Source of the DNA: Candidatus Falkowbacteria bacterium
Lineage (GTDB): Bacteria > Patescibacteriota > Patescibacteriia > Patescibacteriales > WJLG01
Assembly: GCA_963747695.1 (NCBI GenBank)
Contig: CAVVFV010000008.1
Location: 75,592 to 139,591 of the forward strand
Length of the DNA stretch: 64,000 nucleotides
Direction: 5' to 3'
Under the pieces are notes generated by a model, which did no database searches, was not told the origin of the DNA, and saw only the letters and a program-made list of their open reading frames with translations. Below are positions 37,330 through 45,932 of this stretch, piece by piece (the stretch's first letter is position 1; the number at the start of each line of letters is the position of its first letter). The translations under genes and the position numbers were made by a program.

Positions 37330-40190
37330 CTACACCTTGGGAGGAAAAAGGTATTCCGGTTGTCACTACGCTTAGCCAGTTTAAATCTGACGGGACAACT
37401 CCGATCACGGAAGGCGCAAGCACTACGGAAAACGCCGTTGTCTTCCAAGGAATGCTGACAAGTCCCGCCGATAATCAAACGCAGTTGCAGGTCGAAGTTG
37501 AACCGTCGGTGAGTGCGTTTACCGGCATCCCTACCGCGACCAGCAGTTTCGTCGTTTCCGGCCAGACCGCTTCGGTAACCGTTTCGAATTTAGCCAACGG
37601 CTCATACCATTGGCAGGCGAGAGCGGAAGATTCTCAAGGAGCCACCTCAACTTGGCAGACGATGAGCAACCCCGCCGTTGCTGCGGATTTTTCGATAGTA
37701 CATTTCCCGGTGATCATTGTGCCGGGAATTTTAGGAAGCACCCTTGATGAAAAGAATTTTTTGCTTAATAAAGAAATCTGGCCGGATCCGGCAACATATA
37801 TCGCCGATCCGTTCGACAGGCAATTGGATGAACTAAAAATGGATGCCGCCGGTAATTCCGTAAAAGATATTTTTACTACTGATGTCATAAGAGATGTTTT
37901 AGGAACGGATATTTATGGCGGACTGATTAATTATCTTGAGGCTAATGGTTATCAAAAAAATAAAGATTTATTCATCTTCCCTTATGACTGGCGATTAGAT
38001 TTAGATTCCGTGGCTGGTGATAATATGCCTTGCGAATCGACCACAACTTTAAAATGTTTGATAGATGAAGTTAAACAAAAAACAAATTTAGATAAGGTTG
38101 ATATCGTCTCGCACAGCATGGGAGGCCTGGTGGTTAAAGATTATGCGGCCAAATTCGGGCAGGATTCAATTGATAAATTTATTGACATTGCTACGCCTAA
38201 TTTGGGGGCACCAAAAGCAGCCAAGATTTTGGAATATGGAGATAATTTGGGCTTTAACTTAACAGGTTATTATTTTTTAAGCACAAACAAAATTAAAGAA
38301 ATTTCTCTGCAAATGCCCTCGATTTATCAGCTTCTACCCAGTCAAGGGTATTTTAATCTTACTGGCGACGGCTATGGATATTATTTATATAATAATTCAA
38401 AAGTCGGCGGGGTCAATCTCCAGGGTGAATTAAATTATAATAATTCCTTATCATATTTAACCGCCAGTAATAATGGAATAACGCAGTATTTTGTAAATAA
38501 AAATTCGCTTCTGCACACAGCCATTGATAACGTAAAAATCAATAATTCCTATACCATTTCCGGTTGCGGCACTCCGACCATCGGCAAAATCTATAATTTG
38601 GGCAAAAAAGCTTTTTTCTTGGATAACTACGGCTTGAAATATGTTGACGGCGATGGCACAGTGCCCTTGAAAAGCGCTAATTCTTTCGGCGACAATAAAT
38701 ATTATCTTTCAGGGAAGGATCATTTGCAAATTCCGGGCGCGCAAGAAGTGAAAGATTTTGTTTATTTGGTTTTAAATAATCAAGAAGCGGAATATCCGTT
38801 TGCGCAATCACAAAATTTTAAAGCTGATGACAGTATCTGTGGAATTTCCGGTAAAGAAATCGAATACCATTGTCCGGTTGAGATGAATATTTACGACGAT
38901 CAGGGCAATCATACCGGTCCGACTGCCAACGGCGATATTGAAAATAAAATTCCGGGTGTCCAGTATGATATTGTTGATGGCAATAAATTCGCTTTCTTGC
39001 CCGCGGGCGGTAATTATCGGGTAACCGGTACGGCGGTCGGAACCGGAACCCTGGAAGTGGCGATCAAAACAGTGGTGAATGGCCAATATACTAATACTGA
39101 ATATTTTAACAGCATTCCGCTCCCGTCAACTTCGGTCAGAACAGAAATTGATTTAACTTCCGGCCAGGACAATCGAACTGTAAAAGTCGATGCCAACGGC
39201 GACGGAGTTTTTGAAGAAGAAAAAAATTCCGATGCTGTTTTAACCGGTAATGAGATGGACGACCTCGTCAAGCCGATTACAATAATGAGCATTGCCGGAA
39301 CAAAAGGAAATAATGGCTATTACGTTTCCGGCGTCAAAATTGATCTCGCGGCGACCGATGATAATTCCGGGGTGCTAAAGACAGAATATAGTTTGGATAA
39401 CGGAATAACTTGGACTAATTACGCCGGAGAATTTACGGTCTCCCAAGACGGAACCACGACAATTTTGTATTCTTCAACCGACAGGGCTGGAAACCGGGAA
39501 GAAAACAAAGAAGCAACTTTCGCAATAGACAAGACCGGTCCGACTATCAGTTTTTTGTTGCCACAAGAGGCCCAGGAAGTTTTGCACAATGAAACACTAG
39601 ACGTTGAATATTTCGCCAGTGATAATTTTTCCGGCGTTGACACTGCCACCGCCAAAATTTATTTGGACGGCAATCTCGTTAATTCAAATTTAATCGACCT
39701 GTTTGGTCAAAGCCTTGGCTCGCATCAAATAAAAATATCAATTCAAGATTTGGCCGGCAATCAAGCCGAGCAAACAGTTAATTTTTTGGTAATTACTGAT
39801 GTTGACGGTACGATCGCCGACGTCAGTCGCGCCTATGCCGAAAAAATGATCACCAAAGTAGACGCTAAGAACGATTTGATCAACAGCCTAACGGATATTA
39901 AAAATTTTCAGGAAAAATACGGCCAGAGGATTGATAAAGAAAAAGCAATGCGGGATAAGGCTATGATCCAATGCTTGAAGTATAAAAATCAAGTCTGGTG
40001 CAGTAATAAAATCGGCACGATATTTGATAGGTTTGAATATCAGTTGAACAAAATCGATAAGGCCGTGATCAAACTAAAATATAATCTTATTTTAACGAAA
40101 TTAGACATATATCTGAAAACGAAGTGGATTAATCAAACAGGATACAATATAATAAGGGAGGATATAAAATATTTAATTAATAACTTATAG
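37326..40190 (+). CDS. LCAT/PDAT-family-like alpha/beta-hydrolase (putative secreted phospholipase/acyltransferase) with an N-terminal A-type module and C-terminal Ig-like domains
   Basis: [12 protein letters not shown]; [10 protein letters not shown] (PYDWR at 37979..37993); [15 protein letters not shown] (SHSMGG at 38109..38126, GxSxG nucleophile elbow). The N-terminus [15 protein letters not shown]...LQVEVEP...[23 protein letters not shown] resembles the A modules of the giant proteins. C-terminus: ...[28 protein letters not shown]...STDRAGNRE. There is no signal peptide of its own. Confidence 0.75.
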   Translation: MTTPWEEKGIPVVTTLSQFKSDGTTPITEGASTTENAVVFQGMLTSPADNQTQLQVEVEPSVSAFTGIPTATSSFVVSGQTASVTVSNLANGSYHWQARAEDSQGATSTWQTMSNPAVAADFSIVHFPVIIVPGILGSTLDEKNFLLNKEIWPDPATYIADPFDRQLDELKMDAAGNSVKDIFTTDVIRDVLGTDIYGGLINYLEANGYQKNKDLFIFPYDWRLDLDSVAGDNMPCESTTTLKCLIDEVKQKTNLDKVDIVSHSMGGLVVKDYAAKFGQDSIDKFIDIATPNLGAPKAAKILEYGDNLGFNLTGYYFLSTNKIKEISLQMPSIYQLLPSQGYFNLTGDGYGYYLYNNSKVGGVNLQGELNYNNSLSYLTASNNGITQYFVNKNSLLHTAIDNVKINNSYTISGCGTPTIGKIYNLGKKAFFLDNYGLKYVDGDGTVPLKSANSFGDNKYYLSGKDHLQIPGAQEVKDFVYLVLNNQEAEYPFAQSQNFKADDSICGISGKEIEYHCPVEMNIYDDQGNHTGPTANGDIENKIPGVQYDIVDGNKFAFLPAGGNYRVTGTAVGTGTLEVAIKTVVNGQYTNTEYFNSIPLPSTSVRTEIDLTSGQDNRTVKVDANGDGVFEEEKNSDAVLTGNEMDDLVKPITIMSIAGTKGNNGYYVSGVKIDLAATDDNSGVLKTEYSLDNGITWTNYAGEFTVSQDGTTTILYSSTDRAGNREENKEATFAIDKTGPTISFLLPQEAQEVLHNETLDVEYFASDNFSGVDTATAKIYLDGNLVNSNLIDLFGQSLGSHQIKISIQDLAGNQAEQTVNFLVITDVDGTIADVSRAYAEKMITKVDAKNDLINSLTDIKNFQEKYGQRIDKEKAMRDKAMIQCLKYKNQVWCSNKIGTIFDRFEYQLNKIDKAVIKLKYNLILTKLDIYLKTKWINQTGYNIIREDIKYLINNL

Positions 40191-40194
40191 CTCT

Positions 40195-40434
40195 ATGAAA
40201 AGGTATAAAGAAGTTTTAATTCCATTGTTTTTTTTATTACCGTTCTTACTTCCTTTGCTCACCTTGTCCCTTGACGCCTTTTTTCTCATCGCCTATTTTA
40301 TTTTAATATTTCCATTATTATTATTTAAGCTGAGTGACAAGAAACGCCGCTTATTTTATTTTATTCTATTCTATTTAATTTTATTGATTATCGTTGTGAC
40401 AAAAATGCTTAGCGGTAATTTAATTTCTTTTTGA
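40195..40434 (+). CDS. Small hydrophobic membrane protein (79 aa)
   Basis: ATG at 40195. The product has 2-3 predicted TM stretches (LIPLFFLLPFLLPLLTLSL, FFLIAYFILIFPLLLF, FYFILFYLILLIIVV). The frame stays open in very AT-rich DNA, where stop codons should be frequent. Confidence 0.5.
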   Translation: MKRYKEVLIPLFFLLPFLLPLLTLSLDAFFLIAYFILIFPLLLFKLSDKKRRLFYFILFYLILLIIVVTKMLSGNLISF

Positions 40435-40463
40435 CATAAATTGATAAAATTTTCGTTCTCATT

Positions 40464-40766
40464 ATGATCGAAACTATGAACAAAAATACTTTGACCCTAA
40501 TATTAAAACACTACCTTTTTTTCGTATTTATTCCGGCGGGGCTTGCTGCTTTGTTTGGATATTTAGGATTCCAAGCGTTACCAACAATTTTAGTTGATTT
40601 TATAGTTTTTTTATCCCCTTTTGTCTTTTTTATAGCTACTTATAGGAAAAGCGCTAAAAATGTAAAAAGTAAACCAATGTTAATTCTATTTTCATTTATC
40701 ATCCCTTGTTTATTTACGGGTTATATATATATAATATTATCAGCTGTTTCAAAGTTAATTATTTAG
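40464..40766 (+). CDS. Small polytopic membrane protein (100 aa)
   Basis: ATG at 40464. Three hydrophobic segments: YLFFVFIPAGLAALFGYLGF, LVDFIVFLSPFVFFIATY and MLILFSFIIPCLFTGYIYIILSAV. Confidence 0.5.
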   Translation: MIETMNKNTLTLILKHYLFFVFIPAGLAALFGYLGFQALPTILVDFIVFLSPFVFFIATYRKSAKNVKSKPMLILFSFIIPCLFTGYIYIILSAVSKLII

Positions 40767-40857
40767 CGGCATTATGAAAAAATCAAAGAAGTTTTAATTT
40801 AATACATACTCATTGAGGCGGTTTATAAAAATATTAATTAATAAATATAAAGTTTTT

Positions 40858-41100
40858 ATGAAGAAAGCAATAAATTTGACTACCGCGATTATTCTTTTCT
40901 TCGTCGCGTTCTCGGTTATTTTAAGTAAAGAAGTCTTAGCCGACCTGACGCCCCCAGGATATACCCCGGGGTATAAACACGTTTTAGGGGGGCATCTTTC
41001 GGATTTATTTCAACCAGAATATATTGTAGTTGGAATTATTGTTACAGCTGTTGTGATTATTTCTTTAGTTCTTTTGTTCAAAATCAGAAAGAAAAAATGA
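40858..41100 (+). CDS. Small secreted/anchored protein (80 aa from ATG 40858; track ORF from TTG 40813): signal peptide + short ectodomain + C-terminal TM + KIRKKK tail
   Basis: MKKAINLTTAIILFFVAFSVILSKEVLA then DLTPPGYTPGYKHVLGG...EYIVVGIIVTAVVIISLVLLFKIRKKK*. The stop overlaps the next start (ATGA at 41097..41100). Confidence 0.5.
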   Translation: MKKAINLTTAIILFFVAFSVILSKEVLADLTPPGYTPGYKHVLGGHLSDLFQPEYIVVGIIVTAVVIISLVLLFKIRKKK

Positions 41101-41441
41101 CCATCGGTTCATATTTATTAGCACTAGGCTTAACTCTAATCATTGAATTATCAGTCGCTTACGCGTTGGGTTTTAGAAATGCCAAGTCACTGCTAAGCGT
41201 TATTTGCGTGAATTTGATATCCCATCCTCTTTTCGGCTATTTTTTATGGATCAATCAATCCGCCGCCTTTATCCCCATCAACTATTATTCAATTATTATT
41301 TTAGAAATAATAATCACTATCGTTGAAGCGGCTTTACTGTTTTTTGCCTTGAAACAAAAATTTGCGACTATGCTCTGGTTATCGCTAGCGATGAATTTTA
41401 CCTCGTTTGCGATTGGACAATTGATTTTTAAAAATATTTAG
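41097..41441 (+). CDS. Small polytopic membrane protein (114 aa), translationally coupled to the previous ORF
   Basis: ATGA start/stop overlap at 41097..41100. There are 3-4 hydrophobic segments. Confidence 0.5.
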   Translation: MTIGSYLLALGLTLIIELSVAYALGFRNAKSLLSVICVNLISHPLFGYFLWINQSAAFIPINYYSIIILEIIITIVEAALLFFALKQKFATMLWLSLAMNFTSFAIGQLIFKNI

Positions 41442-41460
41442 CCAATTTTGACATTAGATT

Positions 41461-41556
41461 TTGGTTCGGCGCCAGTCTTGCGAAGGTGATATTGATTTGG
41501 CGGATTTTTAATTTCAGCATTTCGGCAGAGTCCCCGCGGCAGAAGACTCTGCCGGA
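41461..41556. repeat. GC-rich ~95-nt element, copy A (related copy at 42386..42480); contains a 10-bp-stem hairpin
   Basis: TTGGTTC-N6-AGTCTTGC (41461..41481) and AGTCCCCGCGGCAGAAGACTCTGCC (41529..) match TTGGTTC-N6-AGTCTTGC (42386..42406) and AGTCCCGCGGCGGAGACTGC (42459..) with the same internal spacing. The hairpin is CGGCAGAGTC (41523..41532) pairing with GACTCTGCCG (41545..41554). Confidence 0.45.
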
Positions 41557-41731
41557 GCCAATAAAAAAAGGAAAGATTTTTTGTATCCTTCCCGTCTAAT
41601 GCCACCTCTTTTGTTTTATGGCTTTTTTGTCCGATTACTCCTAACTTTTAGTGATTACAACCCGCTGTTACTAGCTGTTCATGATAAATGAGAAATATTA
41701 ATTAGAATAGTAAAACTTAAAATATTTCCCC

Positions 41732-42313
41732 CTAAAAATGATAGTAAGGGAAAAATAAATGTTCAAAAAAAGAATAAATGAAACCGATAATATTAACTAA
41801 TAAGCCAAAATTTGTTAGTACGCCAATCGTTGATCCAATAATAAATGCTTGAATTTTGTTTAAGTTGAAAAATTTTCTTGAGAGCCAATAATTGTGGATG
41901 GTTAAACAAAGAAAAGTAGTTAAAATAATCGCTATATCTATAGTATAAAGATTATTATGAATATTGATTTTAGCTACCAGATAGCTACAGATATAAGCAA
42001 GAAGTAGGTCGATAACAATTGCGCCGGTCGTAGCGAGCAGGGAATATTTTAGAAATTTTAATGACGTGACAAGTTTGTGTTGTTTTAAAATTAAACTCCC
42101 GATAAATATTGCAAGAATATTAGCAAGGTAAATTACGCAAAATAATACTAAAAGAGCTATAATTAAAGTTGGTATTAAAGGCGGTTGCGGTGCTCCTATT
42201 AAAGTTGGCACTGTGGACAGCCTTGGAACTGCCGAGTTGGCCAGAGCAATAGAGGGTATAATTATTAATGGTGATACAATCAGAGATGAAATTATTTTTT
42301 TTACCGAAAGCAT
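41732..42313 (-). CDS. Polytopic membrane protein (193 aa); the only - strand gene in the window
   Basis: ORF in the track with signal/TM IISSLIVSPLIIIPSIALA and at least 5 hydrophobic segments. The DNA is AT-rich, and the gene is bracketed by the two related ~95-nt elements. Confidence 0.6.
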   Translation of the reverse strand: MLSVKKIISSLIVSPLIIIPSIALANSAVPRLSTVPTLIGAPQPPLIPTLIIALLVLFCVIYLANILAIFIGSLILKQHKLVTSLKFLKYSLLATTGAIVIDLLLAYICSYLVAKINIHNNLYTIDIAIILTTFLCLTIHNYWLSRKFFNLNKIQAFIIGSTIGVLTNFGLLVNIIGFIYSFFEHLFFPYYHF

Positions 42314-42385
42314 ATAGATATTGTTATATTTTTAATATATCAATATTATGTACCATTTATTCAATTTTGATAAATATTAGTAGGG

Positions 42386-42480
42386 TTGGTTCAACCATAG
42401 TCTTGCTCCGCTGGTTGGCGAAAGCGGACTGTAACTGAGATTGATTCGTCGGCGTCGAAGTCCCGCGGCGGAGACTGCGA
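42386..42480. repeat. GC-rich ~95-nt element, copy B (related to 41461..41556)
   Basis: See copy A. The end blocks are conserved, the middle is diverged, and the hairpin is degraded in this copy. Confidence 0.4.
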
Positions 42481-42604
42481 TGGAACTAAAGATAGCTATC
42501 GTTAAAACATTAGAACATGGCAACATTAGAACAGGGCAGAGGCGGACATTTTCCCAATTTTAAAATGCTTAAATGCTCCATGTTCTTATGCTCAAATGAA
42601 ATAA

Positions 42605-43510
42605 ATGTCTGAAGTACTTGATCTAAAACATAAATCAAGGCGAGCCGGAGAAGATGAGTATTCCGGCCGTTTTGAAGTTGAAGAGCCGGTCAGGAAAAGG
42701 AAATTCGGCTGGGTTAGTTGGCTCGTCGTGATGATCGTTGCCGTCGCTTTGACGACCGTCGGGATCAAGGCCAGTGACAGCCTGTTCGGCGGCAAAGATA
42801 AAAATAATTCTTTATGTCCGGCGGAAATGGTTTTTGTGCCCGGCTCGACCGGAGGTTTTTGCCTTGATAAATACGAAGATGCCGCCGGAAGCGGCTGCTC
42901 TTTCAAGAATCCGGGCAACCAGGACGAAACCAGGTCTGATCTGGAAAGCCAAACTTGCCAGCCGGTGTCGCAGGCGGGGATGATTCCCTGGCGTTATATT
43001 TCGCAAAATCAGGCGGCGGTGGCTTGCGCCAAAGTCGGCAAACGCTTGCCCACCAATGAAGAATGGCTCGCGGCTGCCTTGGCTACGCCGGACAAAAATT
43101 CCAATTGGGGGGCTGATGATTGCCAAGTCGCCAATAATTGGGATCAACAGCCGGGTTTGACCGGCTCGGGAAAAAATTGCGTTTCCGGCGCCGGTGCTTA
43201 TGATATGATCGGCAATGTCTGGGAATGGGTTGAGGGAACGGTCGAGGATGGGAAATATCAGGGGAATACCTTGCCTGACGACGGTTATATTAAGGGGGTT
43301 AATTCCCTGGGCATGCCTACCGACACCGATCCGGATCAGGCTGACGCTAATTATAATGATGATTATCTCTGGATAAAAAAGACCGGTTCGCGCGGCATCG
43401 CCCGCGGCGGCTATTGGGATAATAATGACCAGGCCGGACAATATTCCATCTATCTGGTGACGCCGCCGTCGGAAGCGGGCACGGGAACCGGATTCCGGTG
43501 CGCGAAATAA
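42605..43510 (+). CDS. Membrane-anchored FGE-sulfatase/SUMF1-domain protein (formylglycine-generating-enzyme family-like)
   Basis: TM WVSWLVVMIVAVALTTVGI. Body: CPAEMVFVPGSTGGFCLDKYE; GAYDMIGNVWEWVEGT; RGGYWDN; GTGFRCAK*. These are the motif types I associate with FGE-sulfatase domains. Confidence 0.7.
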   Translation: MSEVLDLKHKSRRAGEDEYSGRFEVEEPVRKRKFGWVSWLVVMIVAVALTTVGIKASDSLFGGKDKNNSLCPAEMVFVPGSTGGFCLDKYEDAAGSGCSFKNPGNQDETRSDLESQTCQPVSQAGMIPWRYISQNQAAVACAKVGKRLPTNEEWLAAALATPDKNSNWGADDCQVANNWDQQPGLTGSGKNCVSGAGAYDMIGNVWEWVEGTVEDGKYQGNTLPDDGYIKGVNSLGMPTDTDPDQADANYNDDYLWIKKTGSRGIARGGYWDNNDQAGQYSIYLVTPPSEAGTGTGFRCAK

Positions 43511-43512
43511 TT

Positions 43513-43684
43513 AATTAGTTAATTAGTTAATTAGGAACTTAGTCTGCATTTTTTCAACTTTATCAAGTAAGCAAATGGTTATTATTTATAATTCAAGATA
43601 AAATAATTTTTTAAATATTATCGTTTACCAGATCTGAATTTATTTACTTCTAGACTAAGTACCTAATTAACTAAGCACCTAATT
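43513..43684. repeat. MITE-like / long-hairpin element: 33-bp terminal inverted repeats (29/33 match) around a ~106-bp AT-rich core
   Basis: The left arm AATTAGTTAATTAGTTAATTAGGAACTTAGTCT (43513..43545) matches the reverse complement of the right arm AGACTAAGTACCTAATTAACTAAGCACCTAATT (43652..43684). The element fills the whole intergenic space between the TAA at 43508..43510 and ATG 43689. Confidence 0.5.
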
Positions 43685-43688
43685 TCCC

Positions 43689-44132
43689 ATGTTTTTCTTC
43701 AAGAAAATTTGGCATTCTTTCCTGATCTTCGCCGTCGCGGTAGCTTTTTCTTATTTCGCTTTTTTTCTTTTTTTTCATCCGCTGAATTTAGTTTTTTTCC
43801 TGGGCGATAAATTGAGCGCCGCCACCGGTATCACGAATTCAGCTACCGTGCCGGAAAATCCGATCAATCAATTGGCGCTGCAGCTTAATAACAAAGAGGA
43901 TCAACTCAATCAAAAAGAACAAGAGTTGAACAACCGCGAAGCGCAGCTTAATACGCAGAATAATTTTTGGAACAGCGGTTTGCTTTTGGCGATTTTCCTC
44001 GCCTTGGGAATCTTGGCGGCTTTGGTGGTGCTTAATTTTTATTTTGATCGCCGTCGCGAAAAAGAACTCGAGATACTCGCCCAGCGGGAGATCAAAGATA
44101 ATTTGGTTAAGGAAGAAAAAAATATCGAGTAA
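43689..44132 (+). CDS. Small bitopic membrane protein with an extracytoplasmic coiled-coil (147 aa)
   Basis: TM FLIFAVAVAFSYFAFFLFF. Q/N/E-rich heptad-like stretch NQLALQLNNKEDQLNQKEQELNNREAQLN. Second TM LLLAIFLALGILAALVVLNFYF. Confidence 0.65.
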   Translation: MFFFKKIWHSFLIFAVAVAFSYFAFFLFFHPLNLVFFLGDKLSAATGITNSATVPENPINQLALQLNNKEDQLNQKEQELNNREAQLNTQNNFWNSGLLLAIFLALGILAALVVLNFYFDRRREKELEILAQREIKDNLVKEEKNIE

Positions 44133-44136
44133 AATA

Positions 44137-45924
44137 ATGAGCAGCAAAAAAATTCATAACTTTTGTTATTTTCTCAGCGGCGTCGGCTGTTTGCTGGCCG
44201 TTTTTTTAATCTCGGCTTCTTCCGTCAGAGCCACCAATTTATATCAAGCTTATGACTTGATCGATGATTCCGGTCCGACCAAACCGACCAACCATACTTT
44301 GCATTTTATTACCGACCAGGCCATCCCTCCGGGCGGCAAGATTGTCATCAGTTTCGCCCCGGACGGGTTGGTCGTTCCAGTCTTGTTTGATTATCATGAT
44401 TTGGATCTGGCAGTTGCCGCCTCCGGTACTGACATTTTTTTGGATCGGAGCCTGGATGAGACAGCGGCTACCAATACCGACGGCGTTGCGGTTAATTCCG
44501 GTTTGGGTGGAAAGATTGTCATTACCTTAAGTTCTTCCTTGGGTATCGACGCTCATCAACAGGTGCGGATCAAGATCGGTAACAACGCTTCTTTCGGCGG
44601 TTTGGGGACCGATCAAATCATCAACGCCGGTTCACCGGGAAATTATTGGCTCGACGTGAAAACTTATGACGCGGCTGATTCGATCATCGACAATGTCCGA
44701 ACTTTCGTGGTGATGATCGAACCGGTGGCGGTCAGCGCCGGCTTGCGCAAGATCCGGAGCAACGGCTTACCAACCGGAACTTTGACGGCGCAAACCAAGT
44801 CGACGATCATGTCTTTGACTACCAACTATGACGCCACCTGCCGTTACAGCGTCGCCAGCGGGACGGATTTTTACGATATGGCGGATGAGTTTTATACTTC
44901 CGATAATATCTATCACACCATCATTATCACCGGCTTATCCAGCGCCCGCTGCTTTTCTTATTTTGTCCGCTGTCATGATAATGTCACCGATGAAGTGAAC
45001 GACGACGATTATCTGATTCATTTTTGCGTAGCGGCCGAAGGTAGCGGCGGAACGGGCGGCGGAACGGGCGGCGGAACGGGCACGGGAAATGGTACGGGAA
45101 ATGGTTCGGGAGGGGGTTCAGGCAGCGGCGGGGGCGGGGGTAGCGGCAGCGGCGGGGGTAGCGGTGGCGGCAGCGGTCCGCTGAAGCGCTATCCGCTTGA
45201 AAGCAACGAATTACCCAGCGTGGCTCTGAGCGGCTTTGCTTATCCGGGCTCCAGCATCAATGTTTCCCAGGACACTAAATCAGTCGCCACGGTTCAGGCG
45301 AAGAGCGATGCGAGTTTTTTGGCCGCCATCAGCGGCCTGACCAAAGGGCTTTATACTTTCACTCTAGTGGCTAAAGATACGGAAGGAATAACCTCGATCG
45401 CTTATCCGACAACTTTCTGGATCGAGGAAAATACTCAAACCAACGTGGCCAATATTTTGATTCCGCCGACGATTAAGCTCTCCAGCACAACGATCCAGCT
45501 CGGAGATAACATTGTCGTTTCCGGACAAAGCGCCCCGAGCGTCCGCGTCTTCATTCAGTTGAATGATCCGAAAAATAAGTTATTAAGCACCCACGTGGAA
45601 AATTCGGCGGCTGACGGCCGCTGGAGTTCGATTTTCCCCACTGCCGGTTTTAGTGAAGGCATTTATCAATTGACCGCGCTGACTTCCTATCCCAAGATCG
45701 GCTCAAGCACCTTGAGCGAGAAAGTCTTATGCGGCGTGGGACAAAAGCTGGAACAAGGACCCTGTTCGCGGTCGGATATCAACAAGGACGGCAAGATCAA
45801 TCTGGTTGATTTTTCCATTATGATGTTTTATTGGGGGACGAATAACTCCACTGCCGATATGAATCAGGACGGTACGGTCAACCTGGTCGATTTTTCCATC
45901 ATGATGTACTGCTGGACCGGATAA
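44137..45924 (+). CDS. Secreted dockerin-bearing protein (595 aa from ATG 44137; track ORF from 44044)
   Basis: Signal peptide MSSKKIHNFCYFLSGVGCLLAVFLISASSVRA. Gly-rich linker GGTGGGTGGGTGTGNGTGNGSGGGSGSGGGGGSGSGGGSGGGSG. Two Ig-like domains. C-terminal duplicated Ca-binding loops DINKDGKINLVDFSIMM / DMNQDGTVNLVDFSIMM. Confidence 0.85.
   Translation: MSSKKIHNFCYFLSGVGCLLAVFLISASSVRATNLYQAYDLIDDSGPTKPTNHTLHFITDQAIPPGGKIVISFAPDGLVVPVLFDYHDLDLAVAASGTDIFLDRSLDETAATNTDGVAVNSGLGGKIVITLSSSLGIDAHQQVRIKIGNNASFGGLGTDQIINAGSPGNYWLDVKTYDAADSIIDNVRTFVVMIEPVAVSAGLRKIRSNGLPTGTLTAQTKSTIMSLTTNYDATCRYSVASGTDFYDMADEFYTSDNIYHTIIITGLSSARCFSYFVRCHDNVTDEVNDDDYLIHFCVAAEGSGGTGGGTGGGTGTGNGTGNGSGGGSGSGGGGGSGSGGGSGGGSGPLKRYPLESNELPSVALSGFAYPGSSINVSQDTKSVATVQAKSDASFLAAISGLTKGLYTFTLVAKDTEGITSIAYPTTFWIEENTQTNVANILIPPTIKLSSTTIQLGDNIVVSGQSAPSVRVFIQLNDPKNKLLSTHVENSAADGRWSSIFPTAGFSEGIYQLTALTSYPKIGSSTLSEKVLCGVGQKLEQGPCSRSDINKDGKINLVDFSIMMFYWGTNNSTADMNQDGTVNLVDFSIMMYCWTG
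45763..45921 (+). other. Dockerin (type I-like) domain
   Basis: Two ~22-aa segments each with DxNxDGxxNxxD (DINKDGKINLVD, DMNQDGTVNLVD) followed by F-S-I-M-M. This is the classic duplicated EF-hand-like dockerin signature. Confidence 0.8.
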
Positions 45925-45932
45925 AATCAGAG

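Noticed and set aside
41523-41554. 10-bp-stem hairpin between the convergent genes as a bidirectional intrinsic terminator
   Set aside because: No U-run follows the stem on either strand. I reported it only as part of the repeated ~95-nt element.
42812-43441. 209-aa antisense ORF within the FGE-like gene, and the 69-aa + ORF at 42774..42983
   Set aside because: The sense ORF carries clear FGE-sulfatase motifs. The antisense translation is low-complexity (I/G/R-rich) with no features.
45040-45180. GGCGGAACGGGC-type tandem DNA repeats as a phase-variable microsatellite
   Set aside because: All units are multiples of 3 nt and encode a Gly/Ser/Thr linker, so length changes would stay in frame. 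It is better explained as a flexible linker.
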